Origin: Eledone cirrhosa
Taxonomy: Eukaryota
Direction: 5' to 3'
Assembly: GCA_964016885.1 (NCBI GenBank)
Contig: OZ024742.1
Location: 87,358,001-87,422,000 of the forward strand
Length of the DNA: 64,000 nt
Below the pieces are notes generated by a model, which was given only the letters and a program-made list of their open reading frames with translations, was not told the DNA's origin and did no database searches. A program made the translations under genes and the position numbers. Positions 14,049 to 27,125 of the stretch are shown here, in pieces; the stretch's first letter is position 1, and each line of letters starts with the position of its first letter.

Positions 14049-14872
14049 TGGTATATATTTTATCTTGTGATTCTATCGACATGTTTTTGATATATAGCTC
14101 TGATTATTTAATTTATTAAATTTTCATTGAGCCACAAAGTGACCCGTTGCAAAACACGTATATGTATATATATATGTATATATATATGTAAACTTTTATA
14201 TGTAATAATCTCCCATTAGGTTGAGATACAAATTTGGCTGTATTGTGCTGTGCTTTCTTGCAAAAAAGCCACCAGCCGTAAGCAACTACCACACCCCTTC
14301 CAACCAGACCACAACTACGTCACGATTCTTTGAATGAATTCTTGGCGCGATCACTTTTGAAAATTTAGTGTCTAGATCAGAGCAAATCTCTGATGAACCC
14401 GATGCTCGAGTTACATAATTATTACATAATTATTGGAAATCTCAAAATGGGGACGAAACCATGGTAAAGGTATTTAAATGTATTCTATTTTCTCCTAGTT
14501 TATTTTACACCTAATTCTGTTTAATTGACTGCATTTTGACTGTTTAATTGACTGCATTTAATTGAATGGGCGATTACGCTGTCGAAATATTCGATCAATA
14601 TTCCGTTGCGGCCGACGCGAAGGGCTAGTTTCGGTTATTTGTTGGAGATTTCTTCATAGAAACATCATTCATACAGCCTGGTCTATTCGATTTTTAGTAT
14701 AGTTAATTATGCTAATTGGGAGAGGAAATGGTATATATTTCATCTTGTGATTTTATGATAGACATGTTTTATGATATATAGCTCTGATTATTTAATTTAT
14801 CAAATTTTCATGGAGCCACAAAGTGACCCGTTGCAAAACACGTATATGTATATATATGTATATATATATATA
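14049..14872 (+). mobile_element. PLE pLTR-like unit bounded by ~140 bp direct repeats (14049-14188 and 14729-14872) with an internal degenerate hammerhead (14387-14470)
   Basis: Direct repeat tggtatatattt...gagccacaaagtgacccgttgcaaaacacgta; internal CTGATGA accc...ggggac GAAA ccatgg TA. Confidence 0.65.
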
Positions 14873-16982
14873 AGATTAAAATACTTGAGTGCGTTGGAGT
14901 TAAACACACTCGTAGTATTAGAGAAATGACAGTAAAGGTATAGCTTATTGTAATTCAACAGAGCCGTAAAATTATTAAAAATAAACAAAGAAGCCTTCAA
15001 TACATCAAAAGTATTTATTAGCTGACAGTGTTTCGTCCCATTAATATGGACTCATCAGAGCAAGTAAAGCGACAAGAAGTATTAACGGCCAGAACAAGAC
15101 AAAACTCAGAAGAACAGGGAATTTATATCTATAAAAACTTAGGAAAGACAACATGGAAAAATATGCTAAAGCTAAAAGTGTGCATTTGCAAATATAGACT
15201 ATAGGGCAAGAGAGCGAGTATTATGTCAAACCCACGTTGAAAGTACAGTATAAGACAAATACATGAAACACAACATGGTAATAGAATGTGAGAATTATAA
15301 GAATTATAATATGATGGATAATAATGGATAATAAGAAATAAAAAGCTTAATATATATCCATATATATACACAATTAAACAAACACATACTAACACTTATT
15401 TAAATATTTAAATATAAATATACTATTTATAATATAATAATCATTATAATAGAATAACCACCCTGGCGGTGTGTATAAACAATACCCAAAACAATGGAAT
15501 AATATACTGTCATTAACAAATATATAAAACTACGTCATACGTATCATTTAAGGTCAACAAATTGTATATAAAGTGTTTCACAGGGTAAGAACAAATATCA
15601 AATAAAAATAAAATACGGTGAAAAGATATATATAAATATATATAATATTGACAATAAATATACAGAGGTATAGGCAGTTCAAATTCATAAAATATTACAA
15701 CACAGTACTTCAATATCGGACATATATTTATAATTCAATAACAAAAATAATATGTCATAATAATGTTAATATTACAATGGCAGACACACACAGAATCAAT
15801 GGAAAATGCTTAAGACATATTTACGCGATGAATACAAAGAGACATATCAAGAGACAATAACAGATGATAGGAAAACATACAGCATGTGGTAGTAAAAAAA
15901 TAAATAAAATAAAAACGAAGAACAAAAACAAAAACAAGCACAGACACGTAGGTGTTACAAGTCATTAGGTAAATATAGATAAATATAGATAATACTATTC
16001 TAAATCAAAGAATTGAATTAAAAACCTTATTAAATTAATTAATACTAAAATTGTTTAAAAGACATAATGGGTCACTTCACACGGAACAGAACCCAAGTCA
16101 TCAAATTCGAATAAAATCAAGATATTTCAATAAAAAAGCTAAGAGATCTATCAGGATATATTACGATCCGTCCCGACGAATAACGTTATCAAAGAAAAAA
16201 ACTATAAATAAAACTATGGTAGACCAATGGGAACAGAAAGAAATGAAACTATGGAGGGTAGGAAGGAGCTTAAAAGTAAAACATTATATATAATCAATAA
16301 TATTACGTGTAGAAAGGACGAGGTTCATTAGCCTTAGATGTAGGAGACTAAAACTAAACTATTCAACAAGATACCCTCCAACCAGGGATGAAAATAAAGA
16401 TAGAAACTTATAAGGCGACAATGGTGGGTAAACATGTAATAATGGTTAAGATGATAGATAGGGTAAGATAGCTAAACAGACTATGAAAACTAAACACGAA
16501 AAACCGTAGAAAACTAATAATGGTAATAATAATGAACCAAAGAGATAAGGAAATATAGCAGCTAATGGATGCGGTTTAAACTACCAGAGTATTTAGGTCT
16601 ATAATAGAAGAAGGAATTAGAAATAGCATGCGGACAGGACGAAAATATTTCAGATTTTCTATTAAGCAACAAGTTCCTAGAGAAAATGATAGAGTGGGTC
16701 TCTAAGATACAAAGATTACAGAATTTAGCGTGTGTTGAAAGGTGATTAGATTGTGCTACTATACGGTAATTTAGGCTATATGGTATACCAGTCCCTTTTA
16801 AATCCAAGATATGGTGTGCCAAAGAAGTAGAGTTCTTAAACTTGATATGCTTAAAATTAGAAACGTGTGAATTAAACTTAGTTTAAAAGTATTAGATGTG
16901 GAGCCTATATATGTTCTACAAGAAGAATTAGTCTTAACTTCACATGCATAAACAATATTCCTAGTGAGGCAGTGACTTAAGC
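14873..16982 (-). mobile_element. 3' fragment of a second Penelope-like family: GIY-YIG C-terminus plus ~1.6 kb 3' UTR/pLTR
   Basis: Hand-translated HCLTRNIVYACEVKTNSSCRTYIGSTSNTFK (16890-16975); ORF 16562..16822 with CNLCILETHSII...LLNRKSEIFSSCPH; hammerhead and AATAAA near 15015. Confidence 0.8.
15021..15061 (-). ncRNA. Minimal type I hammerhead ribozyme with intact core
   Basis: Minus strand gct CTGATGA gtcc atattaatg ggac GAAA cactg TC agc, immediately followed by taataaa. Confidence 0.85.
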
Positions 16983-16984
16983 AA

Positions 16985-17235
16985 TGTTGAATTCCGTGGG
17001 ATTGATACCAGTGAGCTGGGACTCCTACTTAAACTTACCTATAGTATCAATGATCTAGATACATATGACCTTAGCAACCTGTGCCCTACAAAACCAGCAA
17101 GAGGCAGACCACCTACAATTACCTCAATGCCCAAGAAATCCCACACAGATAGATTGAACGAGTGCCGAGAGCTATACAGACCTCCGAAAATCACGATGAA
17201 CTAAAGAAAATAATTGCTCATGCGGCGGTGGGGGC
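16985..17235 (+). pseudogene. Penelope-like RT fragment related to the 7991-10321 family
   Basis: VEFRGIDTSELGLLLKLTYSINDLDTYDLSNLCPTKPARGRPPTITSM versus VEFCDVDTDELGLLLRLTYDTDNLDSHDLRRFCPSRPIRGRTPTITSM. Confidence 0.85.
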
Positions 17236-17484
17236 CAATATAAATGAGTGTGCGTTCGAATGATGGACAAGACGACGTGTTTGGTCTGTGGAGCAACATG
17301 CATTATTCCAAATTGTTCCAGTAGACTTAGTGTTAAATGGATAGCAGCAGTGGCTTGGAATTAAACCTGTGATGGGTCAGTCTAGTTTTCAGTCTTGTAA
17401 TCGCTGCCTCTTATTAGCGCCTATGGCACAGGACATATGGTATAAGCACAAGCCCGATGACAGCAATAACTCTGTACAGTATTT

Positions 17485-17545
<61 letters not shown>

Positions 17546-19679
17546 TGTGTGGGTGTGTGCGTGTGTGTTAGAGAGTATATGTATGTATACACATCCTTTT
17601 ATCTGAAGAAGCAAATTTAAATTAAAAATGTGATAGAGAAATATTTGACTGTATGTAAGTATTTAATTAATTACGGTTTAAAAGTGAGGGAGAATAATGG
17701 AAAGAATATTTAGCAAAGCATTAAAACTATCCAAACATATCGGAAATTAAATATCAGCAAAAACGTTAAGTATGTACGGCATTAAAATATTATATGCTCT
17801 TCATAAAAAAAAAACAACCAACATATAGCGAAAGATAGACAAAGTGTTAAATATGAAATATTCAGCTTTAAATTTTCAATTAATTCTGGCTTTCATCTAT
17901 TATCTTATGGTAATTTCTGGCATAAAATATACAAAACGTAGTGATAAATATCATCAAACATGATATGCCTCCCTAGATGTTAGGAAAATTATCTGTGTCT
18001 ATTTAACTTCAAACTGTATCAGTTTAATCGATTCAAAGTAACTTAGTTGAAATAACGCAGAACCGCCGTTGCCAAAGGGCGGCTGTAAAAATTGGATACA
18101 CTATTCTATTCCTCTGATTAATATTATGTGCTATGTGTAATAGTTGCCAACGAACAGAAAACGGAAGGAAAGAGTATATTATTTGAAGATATCAACAATC
18201 AGATAGCCAGACATGCCTAATTCTCTGTGCACATAAGTATGAATGTGTGTGCTTATATATCCAGACCAGATATCAGAGCCTTTTATGGAATAGTTCGTGA
18301 CATTCTAAATGGAACCTGGCGTGGACATATATGAATTTGAATATATATATATATATGCAGACAAATATTTTTTATATATCAATATTCTCAAAAATAATCA
18401 TTAAATTTCATGGCCTGAAAACGTTTTTATGAACGTATTGCTATACATGTGTCATATTCAACTTTACATACATCCATATGTAGGATTGTATATGTGTACG
18501 GGTGCGATTATATGCAATGTTATTTCGACATGTAGTTATGATAGAGCTAGTACTACCCTGTTTTGAAATTTGACTTATCAGATATCTAGTTCGATCCCAC
18601 TTAATGGTGCATGGGCAACATGTTTTGTCATTGCCTGGTTAAATCAGGCAACGTCTCTGACATGCTATTATTCAAAATTAAATCCATACGCCATCTCTGA
18701 TTAAATATTATTTCAAACGTATTTTATAAAAAAGTTACTAGTGTTTAAAATTGTGTTTAATCTACTAATACACATTTATATGTCCAACTAAAATCACTTT
18801 TAATGTAACCATCTTTGAACAGTGCCTTTCCATAGTACCTATTTGGAAATATAAATGCATATATTTTGTCAGCAAATAGAAATTATCCACTCAAATTATT
18901 CACTTGATTTTAGAGTATTTTCGGAAAACCAGCCATGCGTATATAATTCCCCAACATATGTCGAAATAAATGTACATGCTTCGAAAAGTGTAATGTATGA
19001 CGCCTCTCATACTATTCTAAGCATTTATATAAGCATGTTTTAAATTGAAGGGTGTTTAACAATGCTTATACTAGTTATATAAAAGTATTCATTGTTCTGG
19101 CAGAATATAATTGTGAAAAGCCAATTAACCTTAATTAACATTTCCAGAAACTAATTAATTATACAGAAGTGTTCAATATCTATAATAAGTAATAAGTTGA
19201 AAACATATTGGGATATCAAGATACAAACTGTATAACAATAGAAGCAACATTAAAGTGTTCAGATTCTTACTCAATTTTAAGGAAGCTTATCAGACAACGA
19301 AAAAAATCACCCTTGGAGACATCCAACATTTGAAAATGTATCATATCTTAATTGGCAACATATCAGTTGCATTTATTTACAAAATATCATAACCATTCTA
19401 TTAGTACTAATTAGAAATATAAAAGCAAATATATATGTATTTGTATAATTATTCATTTTGTGACAATGAATTAAGAAATATTGTGTCACAATTTGTTTTT
19501 AAGAAACCATAAATAATGTATATTTTTGAAACAATTAAAAACAGCAAAAGCTCTTAGAGCCTAATCAATCAAGAATTAGGAATGAAAGCATATTAACTTA
19601 AGATTAGCCTCCAGCTAGAAACGTAGGAGTGTTTGGTTAAAGTGACACTGGCAGCTAAATGATATTGTATTTTAACCCA

Positions 19680-20800
19680 TGTTTATTTAAAGTACGAGAT
19701 GCGAATTCATGTCGTTCAGTAATACTATTGGACGCTTGACGAACGCCATAGTAAAGCTGCTTTGGATTTAGTTTGGTTAAGAACTTGTACCACTTGATAA
19801 GCGTTGTCACCGCGCTCTCCCAGAAATGGTTCGAGAAGTAGGTATTCTTAAATGGCCAGGCAGAGGTGGTTCACGCCTACATTTTAACCACCATCTATTA
19901 CAGCCTGACTGTCCTACCTTTACCTCATTTGCGCTTTATCGAATCGGAGCGGGTGCACTTCATTTACATGTGAATGGAAGAGGTTTTGCTCGTGAGACGG
20001 TCTATCATCTGTCAATATCATATACGCCGAGAGCTGAACATGCAATGGAGGATCAAATCTGAAAGATGCAGTGAAGATACGGTATCTCCAGCTTCATCTA
20101 AACACTTAACATATGTGGTTGCTATTTGTAAAGCAGTTATTTTCGCAGCTCGTCTCTTTGAGAGAACTGCACTAGTTCGGCAATGGTGTTAATAGAAATT
20201 CAACGCTCTCCTTCTATAAAAAAATAGCCATGGGCAGGTTCAAGGAATTTTGTCAGCGAAACATTTCAAGTCGCGCCATCGTCAATTTCCATAAATCCGT
20301 GGCTTTACACTGTTATCGGGGACACTGCTAGTTCGAGACAATCATTACAGTGACGGAAATGCTGTGAAGCGGAGCTCTCCAAGATTCTCACGAAGCGATG
20401 AAAGCGTTCTGCATGCACTCCTCAAGTGTCCGAGAAATGCTAACTTGTTGCGGTTTTTCGAACAAATATTATGTCCTGTAGGACCAATCAAATTATCGAC
20501 CAACATTACCTTCAATATTTTGGCACGCAACCTTCGTTTCGCCAGGAATAGCAGGTAAATATTTTTTCTGCTTATTGGCTGTAACGGAATAGGTTGTGTG
20601 GTGCAGGCGACTTCAAATGATTGAATACGGACCTCTTTCTTTTCGGCTAAGCCCTCATCAACCTTTTCAAGTTCCACATATAAAGAAACGTGACGGTGGA
20701 GAGGAAAGTTCTTCCCCAGTACAATTGGTAAAAGGTAGCTGGATGTAGCGAGAAGGTCCTGAGTGGATAGACTTAATCTGCCATGCGCCTGTAGGCTGGA
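19680..20800 (+). mobile_element. Old degenerate 3' fragment of a Tx1/L1-like ORF2
   Basis: SPRFSRSDESVLHALLKCPRNANLLRFFEQILCPVGPIKLS versus CPRCAQGDETVLHALVQCPKIADLWVYVEHLLSRLGRIQLS; IGR...VKLLG near 19730; FKFHIKRNVTVERKVL near 20670. Confidence 0.8.
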
Positions 20801-22077
20801 TAGTATATGTACGACAATTATGCTCTTGGTGGTTATCTTTGTTCCGGATTTGTGCGTTTCCTAAACTTCTGTTTGATGATCCGCCTAGTTGACAAGTATC
20901 TTGTTACTTATTTTATTATGTGTACTTGAGTATTTGTTTTTATCTCGTTTCCAAGATTATGAGTGATTACACACATCATACCCTTTTTGATAATAGTCCG
21001 GGCAAGACAGAACCACGTTTTGTCAAATAAATGCACACACTTTCTAGTTTTCCTATTTCATTTAAAATCTTAGGAAATAATATATTGTAAATCATTTTCT
21101 TATTAGTGGGATAATTGATAATATAATAAATGCTTCAAGCATCGAATATTTATATAATTTGAATGTATCTCTTTCGAAATACGGTTACATAAATAATGAG
21201 GAATCATTTTTTTTTATATCAATATGTGTCTTAAATTGGAAATTATATTTATTCCGTACCTAGATATATAATCGGTTACTATTAATTTTATTATAGACTA
21301 ATGTGAATAGAGAACAGTGCCATTAAATATAAATATATACCAACTATTTGTCTTTATACACGGATCATGTAAGTCTGTCGAATCTCGCTACGTTATTGAT
21401 AAAATAATATCTAATGAATACGATGTTATAATTTTGAGGAATCGGATAGTGAATATAACGATAGGTTCAGATTATGCCGAGTGAAAGATAATAGCTATTA
21501 ATTGGTTTCAGAATATACAGATAGAAACGTCTGAACTATCTATTACTTCATATATTGCTCGACATAAATCGACATTTCTGTATGTCTGGGAATTTTATCT
21601 GATATTTAAACATTAAAATACTTTAAAGAGATGCAATCTGCGAAATTGCATTAAAAAAGTTTGATATGATCAGCTTATACCTTTGGAACTGGAACAATAG
21701 GACCTGCGGTTTTCGTGCGGAATATGCAAAGCAGATCAATTGTTAGTTATAATGGAGACTAGAACAATAACGGAGTCTACGTACGTTTAAAGAAAGTCCG
21801 GTATATATAAACACACGACTTAAGTATTCAAAATACACATATATACTTACAGATATATATCCAAACATGTTACCGCAGCAAAATACCTCATTTACAAGAA
21901 ACTGTATATTAATGGGATATTCAGTAACCATGTTATATCCTTATCACCACCGTTATTATCAGCATCATCTTCACCATCAGCATAATCATGAAAATAATGG
22001 TTGTTTGTTTATATTGTTTTTCTTTATCTATACGGCAAGGCATTCAATTATAGGACTCGAATTATTGATGTTTAAGC

Positions 22078-22204
<127 letters not shown>

Positions 22205-22220
22205 TATATATAGATATATA

Positions 22221-22420
22221 TAACGAAGGAAATGTGGAAAGGAACCAGATGAACCATAACACACCAAATTACTCAATACTTAGGGTAGTAGAGTGGGTCA
22301 TAGGAACGAGTAGGGCCCCGACGGCTGAACTCAAGCTGTTTCGACGGCTAATTCTGGATTTAATGCAGTCCAGAATTAGCCGTATAAACGGCTTGAGCTC
22401 AGCCGTCGGGGTCCTACTCG

Positions 22421-22423
<3 letters not shown>
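22221..22423. mobile_element. Asymmetric fold-back element (family B) in (TA)n
   Basis: Inverted ~55 bp arms (22304-22423) plus a one-sided tail; second copy in opposite orientation at 56700-56893. Confidence 0.85.
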
Positions 22424-22488
<65 letters not shown>

Positions 22489-22491
<3 letters not shown>

Positions 22492-22862
22492 AAATGAAAA
22501 TAATAACAGGTAGACATCATAAAAAGGTAATTTATTCCGTGTGCTTACACATGTTTCCACGGTGGTATTACAGCCTAGTTATGCTATGTGCAAGTTTACA
22601 ACTATAGTTGTAAATTTGCACATAGCATAACTAGCCTGTAGTATCACCGTGGAAACATATGTAAGCACACGGAATAAATTACCTTTTTATGATGTCTACC
22701 TTTTATTACTCATTCTTTATATACACTCCGGAATACAGAAGCATCAGGAACTAAGTTTCTTCAACAATTCTTCCATAACTCGTAGAGTAACCTCTCACCG
22801 TACGTCAACCATATCTAGTGTAGTAATTAAACATTACTACATCTTAGATAATCCTATACCTA
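22489..22862. mobile_element. Asymmetric fold-back element (family C) in (TA)n
   Basis: Spacer-less palindrome centred at 22604/22605 with ~115 bp arms and a one-sided tail; arm carries GAAAcatatgTA...AATAAA. Confidence 0.8.
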
Positions 22863-22945
22863 ATATATATACATATATATATATATACATATATATTTAT
22901 ATATATATATACCCTCAACGGGATCATATATATAAATATATATAT

Positions 22946-23067
<122 letters not shown>

Positions 23068-23334
23068 ATATATATATATTATATTGACATTTCAGCCTTC
23101 ATTCTTCACTCTGCTAAATTAATGTCCCTCCTTTTCTATCACTTCATTAAATAGCAATCAATATTAGCTATAATGTACTGTTCTTATAGTATGAGTTACA
23201 ACAATTCTTCGTGTCCATTCTGTTGAAATCAATTATAACTATATTTGTTTCATTCTTATGTCGTATAATAGGGTAATTACGAACTAAATGCGCGCTTCAT
23301 ACATACATACATACATGCATACACACACACACAC

Positions 23335-23415
<81 letters not shown>

Positions 23416-24140
23416 CATATATATATCATAAATCATGTCCTTAGAATTATTAGATAAAATATATACCATTTCCTCTGTGTTTTGATTTTAGTCTTCAAAT
23501 TTATTATTATTACTATATATATATGCATACACCCACACACACATATATATATATATATATAAACGTGTCAGCTGTCGTGTGCTTTCGTGTGTATGTGTAT
23601 GTTTCTGTGTGCGAGGCTATATGAGTGCATGTGTATGCGTGTGTGTGTGTATGTGTGTGTATGTTAGAATGTGTGAGAGGGAGAGAAACAAAATACATGA
23701 GGGCTTCCCACCTTGCCTACAATCATAGTGCTGCAGAGAAATCAAACAAATAAATTCTGTATGAGAACTATGATATAGGTTATAATAATATAGCTGTTGT
23801 TCTGCCTTCCATATAGTCGTTCAGATGCACAAGAATAATGCATTGTCTGAAATTATCTACTGCGTCAAATGCGTGAAATACTTGAAAAACAATTGATTTC
23901 ATTTAAACAAAATGCAGTAGATATATAAAAGTATTTATAATAATAGTTGCTAATGAGTTGTCGACAGAAATTATAAAATATAAAATAACTTTGTTATTTT
24001 TGTTTTCGTTCCTTTTTTTTTAAATATGGAACTAATATAAACCAAGTTATACAATTGAATGAAATTTTAGATTAACGTAACGCAAATATACTGTTAGTTG
24101 TGTATGTGTATGTGTATCGATACCACCAACAGCTTAACCA

Positions 24141-24171
24141 TAATAATAACAACAACAACAGCAACAACAAC

Positions 24172-24228
<57 letters not shown>
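24141..24228. repeat. (TAA/CAA)n tract, left border of the retrotransposon array
   Basis: Direct observation. Confidence 0.97.
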
Positions 24229-24230
<2 letters not shown>

Positions 24231-24617
24231 TTTCTTTATTAACCACAAGGGTTTACATAAAGTAGACATTAAGGACAGTGCAGGACAATGCAGGACGGTA
24301 CAAATGGGCATTTCTGCGTGTAAAAAAACAAAAACAGAGGATGTAACAAAAATAACAATGAAAATAACAATGAAAAATTCCCCAATAGGGGGGAGACTTC
24401 GGAGGGACATTTGTGGAGAAAGCCCAGTAAAAAGCCACAATGACCCTGACCACCAAGGCAAGTGCCCTCTCCCAGTTTTCCACCTTTAGTTTACAGATAT
24501 ATACTCAGAGTCGGCCCATTCACTCGGGCCATTCTTGCTTCTCTCACCCATCTTTCAACAAAATGCTGGGAAGAGAGCACTTCCTTCTCTACTCTGATTT
24601 TCCTTTTCAAATGAAAT
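24229..24617 (-). mobile_element. 5'-truncated (~390 bp) copy of the Tx1-like element
   Basis: Essentially identical to 26862-27252 apart from homopolymer lengths; (TAA)n on both sides. Confidence 0.95.
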
Positions 24618-24631
24618 AATAATAATAAGAG

Positions 24632-24669
24632 TTTCCAGTTAACCAACATCAATGACTGAGATTCAAGGA
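24632..24669 (+). mobile_element. ~38 bp extreme 3' end of the Dong-like element between TAA tracts
   Basis: tttccagttaaccaacatcaatgactgagattcaagga is identical to the terminus at 41270-41307. Confidence 0.9.
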
Positions 24670-24689
24670 ATAACAACAATAATAATAAC

Positions 24690-26784
24690 TGCTTGATGTC
24701 AGGTGAGGTACCAGAGTGGTTGACAAAAGGTACCACAGTTCTGATAATGAAAGACCGAATCAAGAGTAATGGTGTTACCAACTATAGACCTATCACATGT
24801 CTGTCCGTAATGTGGAAACTGTTGACAAGCATTATGTCTGAGGAAATCTACCATCACCTCCACACAAACAACTTGTTACCGGACGAACAGAAAGGGTGCC
24901 GAAAGAAGTCACGTGGTACAACGGACCAATTACTTATTGATAAGTTGGTAATGAGGAATTGCAAGAGGAGACACACTGGTCTTGCCATGGGATGGATATA
25001 CTACAAAAAGGCATTTGACATGGTGCCTCATTCTTGGATCACCAAAAGCCTGGAGATCTTCAAGGTGGCAGATAACATCAGACAGTTGTTGGTCAAAAGT
25101 ATGAAGTCCTGGGAAACAGAGTTAACATCAACTGGACAATCCTTGGGAAGCGTGAATATCAAGAGAGGTATCTTGCAGGGAGATAGTCTGTCCCCTCTGT
25201 TGTTTGTCCTTGTCCTGATGCCCCTGACCAGTGTACTGCGAAAAGTGAGAGCAGGATACAGGTTGGGAAGGGAGGGCTTATCATCAATCACCTCCTCTTA
25301 ATGGACGATCTTAAGCTCTTCGGTAAGAGTGAAAAGGAGTTGGATGTGCTTTTTGACACTGTCCGTATTTTCCGCTATGATATATGTATGCAATTTGGTA
25401 TTAGTAAGTGTAGAGTCATTGTGATGAAGAGGGGTAAGTTGAGCAGAAATAACGGAATCCAGGTACCAACAGGTGAAATGATAAAGGAAATTGACTCTGA
25501 AGAAGGATACAAGTATTTGGGTGTTCTGGAGGCTTATGACATCAAGAACAAACAAATGAAGGGATTGATAAGAACTGAATACATTCGGAGAGCAAGGAGC
25601 GTATTGAAGTGACATCTGAACAGTAGGAATGCCATAAGTGCAGTAAATTCCCGAGCTGTGTCTATTATTAGGTACAGTGCGGGAATTCTGAGATGGAATG
25701 TTGCTGAACAAAAAGAAATGGATAGGATGTCTAGGAAGCTATTGACTATCTACAACATGTTCCACAAGAGGAGTGATGTCGATAGACTCTACTTAAGGAG
25801 ACCTGAAGGTGGAAGAGGTCTTATCAGCATAGAGGACTGTGTTCAGATAGTGAAAAACAACCTACACAAATACGTGACTGATAGTAAGGAGCCAATGCTC
25901 AGAACTGTAGTGAAGGAGGAGACAATAGGCCAGGGGATGTCCAAGGAGGAAATAAGATCAAGGAGAAAGAGCAGCCTTCATGAAAGATCCCTTCATAGTA
26001 CCTTCTTTGAGAAAACTGAATTTAGAGATCCACAGACATGGAACTGGTTGAAAAGAGGAGACCTTAAAAAGATTACAGAAGTGGCTGAAACACCATATTA
26101 GGAAGTGGCTCAAACAAAATATTTACAAGGAGGAGACTTGCACACTGTGTAGGATCTATGGAAAGAGAGTGAAGAGACTGTGGCTCACATTGTATCCCAG
26201 TATAAACACTTTGCCCAGACTCAATATAAAGGCTGGAGACATGATATGATGGGCAGGGTGATCCACTGGCACCTATGCTAAGTAAACAATTTACCATATT
26301 CTGAGAAGTGGTATGAGCATAAGCCAGAGTCGATGATGTAAAACGATCAGATGAAGTTGCTTTGGGATTTTAGGATACAGACGGACAAGAAACTGGAAAT
26401 CAATAGACCTGACCTGGTGGTTTTGGACAAGGAAAAAGATCGTGCCTGATTGTGGATGTGGCCTGCCCATTCGACACGAGAATGCAAGAGAAGGAAAGGG
26501 AGAAAATTAACCGATACCAGGACTTAAAGTGGGAGGTAAAAATGATTTGGAACTGCCATGAGGTCAAAGTGTACCGATTGTCGTAGGCGCACAAGGTACT
26601 ATCTCAAAGAGTTTCCACGGATGGTTAAAGAAAATTGGTCCCGCCCCGCTTTTTCGAACACTTCAAAAGATATGCTTGCTGGGAACAGCAAGAACCCTCC
26701 GATACGTGCTGAATCACTGAGGGTGCAGGTATTCATTTCAATAACCTTTCCAGTTAAATAACATCAATGCCTGAGACTCAAAGA
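24690..26784 (+). mobile_element. 5'-truncated, mutated Dong/R4-like copy
   Basis: ORF pieces 24693..25301, 25301..25612 and 25658..26101 match the RT of the 37840 ORF; same 3' UTR, then (TAA)n. Confidence 0.95.
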
Positions 26785-26798
26785 ACAATAATTATAAT

Positions 26799-26861
<63 letters not shown>

Positions 26862-27125
26862 GATTTCTTTATTAACCACAAGGGTTTACATAAAGTAGAC
26901 ATTAAGGACAGTGCAGGACAATGCAGGACGGTACAAATGGGCATTTCTGCGTGTAAAAAAAACAAAAACAGAGGATGTAACAAAAATAACAATGAAAATA
27001 ACAATGAAAAATTCCCCAATAGGGGGGGAGACTTCGGAGGGACATTTGTGGAGAAAGCCCAGTAAAAAGCCACAATGACCCTGACCACCAAGGCAAGTGC
27101 CCTCTCCCAGTTTTCCACCTTTAGT

